64,000 nucleotides of DNA. Origin: Candidatus Latescibacterota bacterium (lineage in GTDB: Bacteria; Latescibacterota; UBA2968; SICM01). Positions 58,834 through 64,000 of the stretch are shown here, in pieces. The position numbers and the translations under genes were made by a program. The notes under the pieces were generated by a model. That model made no database searches. It was not told the origin of the DNA and was given only the letters and a program-made list of their open reading frames with translations. The DNA is taken from assembly GCA_965217865.1 (NCBI GenBank), contig CBDCJO010000002.1, positions 2,208,001 through 2,272,000 on the forward strand, in the 5' to 3' direction. The stretch's first letter is position 1. The number at the start of each line of letters is the position of its first letter.

Positions 58834-59355
58834 ATGACCATTCGTTCCTCATCAGAAAATCCCATCTTCCTGGGTCTCAGAGCGATCTGCATCCTCCTTG
58901 TGGGGGCCGGGGCAGGTCTCGTATACAATGGCGTATCGGAATACGGCATCCCCCTCAAGACGCCTCCCCAGGTCCCCTTCGCAGAACTGGTAAACTGGAG
59001 CCTCCACGTCGAGGGTCTGCGAGCTACCCTGAAGGCGTCAAAAAAGGCCTTCGACCGAAATGAGGCCACTTTTATCGATGCGCGGTCAGCCAAGGCCTAC
59101 GCAGCCGGCCATATCCCGGGCGCTTTGTCCTTACCGGTAGGGGAGTTCCAGGCGAGGAGCAACGAGTTGTTGAAAGATTTTCCCAAAGGCACCTGGATCA
59201 TCACCTACTGTTCGGGAAGGAGCTGCCAGAGCAGTATCCGCCTCGCCCATCTGATGATCGAAAAGCTCGGATACACCCAGACACAGGCCTTCTTCGATGG
59301 GTGGAGCGCGTGGAATAAGGCGGGTTATCCCTTCGTGATTGGAGAAACCCCGTGA
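58834..59355 (+). CDS. Membrane-anchored rhodanese-like domain protein
   Basis: N-terminal TM; FIDARS...Y.AGHIPGA, TYCSGRSC, GWSAW. Confidence 0.9.
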   Translation: MTIRSSSENPIFLGLRAICILLVGAGAGLVYNGVSEYGIPLKTPPQVPFAELVNWSLHVEGLRATLKASKKAFDRNEATFIDARSAKAYAAGHIPGALSLPVGEFQARSNELLKDFPKGTWIITYCSGRSCQSSIRLAHLMIEKLGYTQTQAFFDGWSAWNKAGYPFVIGETP

Positions 59356-59846
59356 CCCCAACCCGAAACTCCAAGATCCGCGCCGTAATCTTTATTATTA
59401 GGCTCCTGGTCGGAGCAACGCTCCTCTGGGCCGGATCGGTCAAGATTCCTGAACCCGGACTCTTCGCTCAGACGGTTCGGGCTTATGAGGTCCTTCCGCT
59501 CAGCCTGGTCAACCCGTTCTCGATCGTCGTCCCCTGGATGGAAGTGGCCGCCGGTTTCTGTCTGGTTATCGGATTCTGGACACGGAGCAGTGCCCTGGCG
59601 GCCCTTGTCCTTTTCCTCTCATTTGGAGTGGCAATGGGTATCAATATTTATCGGGGTGCCGATTTATCGTGCGGTTGTTTCGGGTTTGACGGAGCCGGGG
59701 GGTCGCTCTATGAGTCCATGATTCGGGATATCATCCTGATCGGTCTTTCCATGCCCCTTCTATTCTTCCGCCACGCCTTCTCTTTATCCCTCGACAGCTT
59801 TTCCCACAGTGTCCACGATAGACGACGCCATTCCGATACCCATTAG
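59352..59846 (+). CDS. MauE/DoxX family redox-associated membrane protein
   Basis: GTGA overlap with the rhodanese gene; K...P..F......Y, PWME, CGCFG, IRD. Confidence 0.88.
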   Translation: MTPTRNSKIRAVIFIIRLLVGATLLWAGSVKIPEPGLFAQTVRAYEVLPLSLVNPFSIVVPWMEVAAGFCLVIGFWTRSSALAALVLFLSFGVAMGINIYRGADLSCGCFGFDGAGGSLYESMIRDIILIGLSMPLLFFRHAFSLSLDSFSHSVHDRRRHSDTH

Positions 59847-60547
59847 AACCCGACACCCAGCACATGGGGCGAACATGTCCCGACGACATCATAACTATAT
59901 GTTATATAGGGGAATTATAAATAATATCCGGAGACTTTTGGTGCGGATAAAAATGGCTTTGGAGGAAGATCGGGACGTCTATGTCTCAGAAAAAATCGGG
60001 GAGGGTCTCAGGAAACAAGCTCTTTTTCGTCCGTTTGGGCTCCGGGTTTGCGGGGCTCCGTGAACTCTCTGGATTGACTTTCCAGGTGGGCTATCAATCC
60101 GTTCAAAGACTTGTGGACCTCCTTGAAATGGTCGTTTTCCTTGAAGGGGCGGATCATGTTCCATCGATCCCATATATAATCGTCCATCGAGTATTCCACC
60201 GGATCGTACATAAACCGAACGCCAAAAGCGACCAGCTTGCCCTCCCCCTCGGGTTCGTCCTCCGATTTCTGGACCTCGCAACCAGGCCCCCAAACACCCC
60301 CAATGTCTTAAACGAATTCTAATACAGTAGGTTCCCAAAGCTGACTGTTCTGGGACATGGTTGTCACAGCCTGTCTGTCTTGCGAACAATCTTCAATTTA
60401 ATGTCTCTACAAGCCCTACCGAAGAACGTGTAATCGGTGATTCAGAATGAAGATGGCGATGGCAATATTATATTAATTGCTGACAATAATGAGTTTATAT
60501 AGATATGAGGTATTTTTGTCGCACCGTTCTGAACACCAGCGACAAGT

Positions 60548-61139
60548 TTACGAGAATCTGGATGCATCGATATGATGCTTAGCCAGCAGCCTGTGGAGCG
60601 ACCGTCGATCTATACCGCTTCCTTCTGCGGCCCTGGAGATGTTTCCGTTGTGTCGAGAGAGGAGCCCAAGGATATACTTTCGCTCGAAACCCTCGATGGT
60701 TACCTCCTTGGCCTCTTTGAAGGGAAGGTCAAATTTAATCCCTTCTTTCGTGCTGGGTCTTCAACATGCGGTTCTCGCCAGCCAGATGCAGATTCCGGAT
60801 CACTTTTTCAATCACGATAAGAAGATGGTCTGGGGTGAATGGTTTGGTGAGATAGGCGGAAGCCCCCTTTTTTAATGCCATCACTGCATCCAGGATCGAT
60901 CCGTAGGTGGTCATGACAATGACCGCCCCTTCTGGATTCCGGTTAAGGCTTTCCTTTAGGACCTCAAGTCCGTCCAGCTTGAGGTCTGTCAGGAGGAGAT
61001 CAAAGGTTTCCTGGTTGAGCAAATTTATGGCGTCGCTGGCCGTCCTGGCCGTCTTCACCTGAAATCCCGCCTGGGATAGGCTATCGTGGCAACACCCCAG
61101 GCGACCGTCATTCATGAACAGGATCTTCTCCCTCAGCAT
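60548..61139 (-). pseudogene. Split NtrC-like regulator: receiver domain plus out-of-frame Fis-type HTH, AAA+ domain absent
   Basis: REC ORF at 61139-60735 (DLLLTDLK, MTTYGSI..AV.A.K.GA..YLTKPF). A second frame from about 60750 to 60548 reads TKEGIKFDLPFKEAKEVTIEGFERKYILGLLSRHNGNISRAAEGSGIDRRSLHRLLAKH. Confidence 0.75.
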
Positions 61140-61458
61140 CTATAGGGACATCTTCCTTACCGGAATAGTGCTCATCCGAGAATTTGAACGAGCGTTGGAG
61201 AACCTTACGAATGCAGCTCAGGGATAACTTACTCCGAAAATCTGTTTGTGTTAAGACAGGGACCATAAACCATGTTAAATATGGACACTAATTATCTTAA
61301 AGTCAACTGCAAATCCAGGCGCCGTCAAACCCACGATTCTCCGTTAAAGATATCGATTATAATCACAACAAGAAAATTAAATAAAACAAGGGGCCGCAGG
61401 TGTCGCATATCTCAAACCCGCCCGCCCCTTGCGATATTATACGGTAGCATTATGTGGG

Positions 61459-61611
61459 TTACTGCCTGTTCTGAATAAAACCCTCCGCGTCTTTCACATC
61501 TTCCGCACTTCCGATAATCAGTGGGACACGCTGGTGTAACTCCGTGGGTTCTAGGTCGAGTATCCGCTCCAATCCATTAGAAGCTCTGCCCCCGGCGTGC
61601 TCCGCGATAAA
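61459..61611 (-). pseudogene. fbp: C-terminal fragment of class 1 fructose-1,6-bisphosphatase
   Basis: [39 protein letters not shown] matches the class 1 FBPase C-terminus; the upstream sequence is unrelated and AT-rich. Confidence 0.78.
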
Positions 61612-61752
61612 ATCCTGTAATGATGCAACAGTCCTGATGACTTTATCCGAGGAATCCAAGTTAATAAAATAAGGATACAAAAACATGAAAAATAGGCACC
61701 TGCACAAGGCAGGAGCCTATTTTGTGGTAAATATGCACATATGCTTAATGGG

Positions 61753-62379
61753 CTATTGTTTCAAAGATGGAGGGCTTTTTTCTTTCCGAAGGAGGTCCCT
61801 TACCTCGGCGGCTGCCTCATATGCCTCTTCCCGAACCAGCCACTCTAGTCTGGCCTGCAGACTATTCATGGGGATCTCCACTGTGACTGTGGGTTTTGGA
61901 AGAGAAACCGAAGATGGTATTTCCGGATTAGCAGGAGTGTTTTTAACTAGACTGTCGACTCCTTCGCCCTGCTCCACGGTAACTCCGGATCGGTCCATCA
62001 CATCGTTCGCTATGTAGATAGGGGCATCGGATTTCAGCGCGAGTGCGATGGCGTCGCTCGGACGGGCATCGACCCTCACGTGTTTTCCCGAAGTGAACGT
62101 CAGTTCGACGCTCGCCAGGTAGTAGTTCTCCTCCATGCCTACGATTTCCACCTGTTCAACCTTTGCTTCGCTCCCCTCAATTACTGTTTTAAGGAGATCG
62201 TGTACAAGGGGTCTCGGGGCCTGGAAATGCTCCAGGGCCATGGATATGGCGCCTGCCTCAAATGGTCCTGTGAAGATGGGAAGCGCCTTCGTCTCCTCCC
62301 CTCCCTGAAGTAAGACCACATAGGCACCAAGGGTCTTGTCCATCCCGACAGCCACCGAGTCTACCTTAACCATTTTCAC
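61753..62379 (-). CDS. Bifunctional nuclease (DUF151) with C-terminal UVR-like motif
   Basis: LPIFTGPFEAGAI, PRPLVHDL, DARPSDAIALAL, C-terminal L...V.EE.YE.AA..RD. Confidence 0.9.
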   Translation of the reverse strand: MKMVKVDSVAVGMDKTLGAYVVLLQGGEETKALPIFTGPFEAGAISMALEHFQAPRPLVHDLLKTVIEGSEAKVEQVEIVGMEENYYLASVELTFTSGKHVRVDARPSDAIALALKSDAPIYIANDVMDRSGVTVEQGEGVDSLVKNTPANPEIPSSVSLPKPTVTVEIPMNSLQARLEWLVREEAYEAAAEVRDLLRKEKSPPSLKQ

Positions 62380-62450
62380 AGCCTCATCTCCTTTTTCGAA
62401 CCCACACGGGAGACCCTTCTCCAGTATTCCCCACTCTACTCAAGGAATTA

Positions 62451-62467
62451 CGCAATGTTCGTGCCAA
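62451..62467 (-). promoter_or_regulatory. Sigma54 (-24/-12) promoter
   Basis: Minus strand TTGGCACGAACATTGCG fits TGGCACG-N4-TTGC, about 70 bp upstream of the DUF151 gene. Confidence 0.75.
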
Positions 62468-62753
62468 GGCATTGGTTTCTTCGTAACTTCCATTTAAACA
62501 ATTCAAAAAAGGAATAGACCCAAAAATTTAGGACTTTTGACATCGAATTATAGCAATGATTAAGAGCAATAGTTGCTAACCCGTGGAAAAATTGATCCAG
62601 TCAGGATGGCAGAATCGAGGGCTGAGGGTAGAGGCTTCGACTGCGTTCTCCTCGATGCAGAAGGCGCGATGATTGTGGGGCGCGGTTATGCCCCTCACCA
62701 CGCCTTGCGCGTCTCGTTTTCGCTTGAATTGGCTTGTTATCCATCTGATATCC

Positions 62754-63575
62754 TCAGTAGACTTCTGGCACGAAGTTCTGATCCGTGATGGGCGGACGAA
62801 CGTAACCCTTGTCCCTTTTTCTCGGCGGTAATTCTATCGGCTCGGGGGTTAAATCTTCGTAAGGGATCATGCTCAGCAGATGGCAGATGCAATTCAGCCG
62901 TGCTCGTTTTTTGTTATCCGCGTTGACCACGTACCACGGGGCTTGATTTATATCCGTGTGAGCAAACATCTCATCCTTTGCCTTGGAATACTCCACCCAC
63001 CTCGCTCTGGAGTCCAGGTCCATCGGGCTGAGCTTCCATCGCCTCGTTGGGTCTTGAATACGGTTTTGAAACCGACGTTCCTGTTCTTCGTCACTGACTG
63101 AAAACCAGTATTTGATTACAGTAATCCCTGATCTCACGAGCATGCGTTCAAACTCCGGACAGGAACGGAGGAACTCCTGGTACTCCTCCTCCGTGCAAAA
63201 GCCCATCACTCGCTCCACACCCGCACGATTATACCAGCTCCGGTCAAGAATGACCATCTCGCCCGCCGACGGGAGATGTGTAACGTAGCGCTGAAAATAC
63301 CACTGTGTCTTCTCTCGCTCGGTGGGCGTAGCGAGCGCAACAACCCGGCAGATTCGGGGGTTCAAGCTCTGGGTGATCCGCTTGATGACGCCTCCTTTCC
63401 CGGCCGCGTCCCGTCCCTCAAAGATCACAACGACCTTAAACCCCTTGTGTTTTATCCATTCCTGCAGCTTGACAAGCTCGATCTGAAGTTTTGCCAACTC
63501 CCGATCGTAGACTTCCGTGTTCAAGGTTTTGGGAGCCGGTTGGCTTTTTTTGTTTGGTTTCCTCTTTTTGGACAT
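62754..63575 (-). CDS. ppk2: Polyphosphate kinase 2 (single-domain, class I)
   Basis: LQIELVKLQ, FEGRDAAGKGG, QWYFQRY, DRSWYNRAGVERVMGFC, WKLSPMD, RARLNCI; ATG 63575 follows GAGG. Confidence 0.96.
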   Translation of the reverse strand: MSKKRKPNKKSQPAPKTLNTEVYDRELAKLQIELVKLQEWIKHKGFKVVVIFEGRDAAGKGGVIKRITQSLNPRICRVVALATPTEREKTQWYFQRYVTHLPSAGEMVILDRSWYNRAGVERVMGFCTEEEYQEFLRSCPEFERMLVRSGITVIKYWFSVSDEEQERRFQNRIQDPTRRWKLSPMDLDSRARWVEYSKAKDEMFAHTDINQAPWYVVNADNKKRARLNCICHLLSMIPYEDLTPEPIELPPRKRDKGYVRPPITDQNFVPEVY

Positions 63576-63582
63576 GATAGCC

Positions 63583-63900
63583 TCACGCATCGAGCACATC
63601 CTGAACCCACGTATAGGCGGCAACGGTAGCCGGAAGACCCAAGGTTCCAGCGGCCAAAGCCACCACCTGTTCGACCTCCTCAGGGGAGATTTCCAAAGAG
63701 AGGGCTTTTCGAACGCCCGCATGGACCGCACCTTCTCGCAAGGCCCCGATCGCGATACCTAACTTGACAAGCCTGGCTGTCCGGTCATCGAGGGGGCCTT
63801 CCTGTCCTGCCTCGGCGATATTTTCCCACGCTTTCCCGAGTTTAGGGTATCGTTTCACGAAGTTCTGGTAAGTTTTTGGAGGACGGGGGGTCGATTCCAT
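63583..63900 (-). CDS. Carboxymuconolactone decarboxylase family protein (no CxxC)
   Basis: P..Y..F...YP, GPLD.RT.RLVKLGIAIG...EGAVH, G.P; AAGGAG ribosome binding site. Confidence 0.82.
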   Translation of the reverse strand: MESTPRPPKTYQNFVKRYPKLGKAWENIAEAGQEGPLDDRTARLVKLGIAIGALREGAVHAGVRKALSLEISPEEVEQVVALAAGTLGLPATVAAYTWVQDVLDA

Positions 63901-64000
63901 TGGATGGCTCCTTTTTAATGAGTGAGAATTATTTTTCTAAGACGGTTGGACAAATTAGGTGTAGAGACATTGAAACCACTAAAATAAAGCTAAATTGGTG

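Noticed and set aside
57499-59355. Divergent rhodanese as the sulfur donor for rhodanese-less ThiI
   Set aside because: The rhodanese has an N-terminal membrane anchor and is coupled to a MauE/DoxX gene, a common separate module; the adjacency is probably incidental.
60572-60820. 82-aa plus-strand ORF, and the 113-aa ORF at 59981-60322
   Set aside because: Both are antisense to minus-strand gene remnants.
62660-62707. Imperfect GC-rich palindrome (AAGGCG..GGGGC..GCCCC..CGCCTT) as a REP element
   Set aside because: It is a single degenerate copy with no associated transposase; it may just be a hairpin after ppk2.
63960-63971. 12-bp match TGTAGAGACATT with the reverse complement at 60400-60411
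   Set aside because: Too short to distinguish from chance, with no target duplication or transposase evidence.

Overview
This is a bacterial chromosomal replication-origin region: rsmG-parS-parS-yidC-[IS630]-dnaA-oriC-dnaN-recF-dciA-gyrB-gyrA, flanked by housekeeping operons. The host is plausibly an FCB-related lineage such as Candidatus Latescibacterota. That is an inference from the dockerin/EF-hand-like GDFNGDG...FDDFFIFARNFG protein, the DUF4159/DUF4175 cluster, the FCB-type LptD and the kinase-less PASTA protein. I saw no CRISPR array, rRNA, tRNA, prophage or defence island. Main observations: (1) a cobalamin-dependent radical SAM enzyme is translationally coupled inside the rpsP-rimM-trmD-rplS operon; (2) gene order suggests an almost exactly oriC-symmetric ~30 kb inversion that split a fmt-yugP-rsmB-PASTA-rpe operon; (3) tandem NrdR-like boxes lie upstream of dnaA; (4) the gyrase has non-canonical quinolone-pocket residues in both subunits; (5) GlyA is archaeal-type; (6) rpmH-rnpA-yidD and parAB are absent from the origin, where an intact IS630 sits; (7) rodZ is frameshifted; (8) a decayed patch at 60-61.7 kb holds an NtrC-like REC-HTH remnant lacking its AAA+ domain and an fbp fragment, next to a sigma54 promoter. 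All family assignments come from reading motifs by eye, not from database searches.
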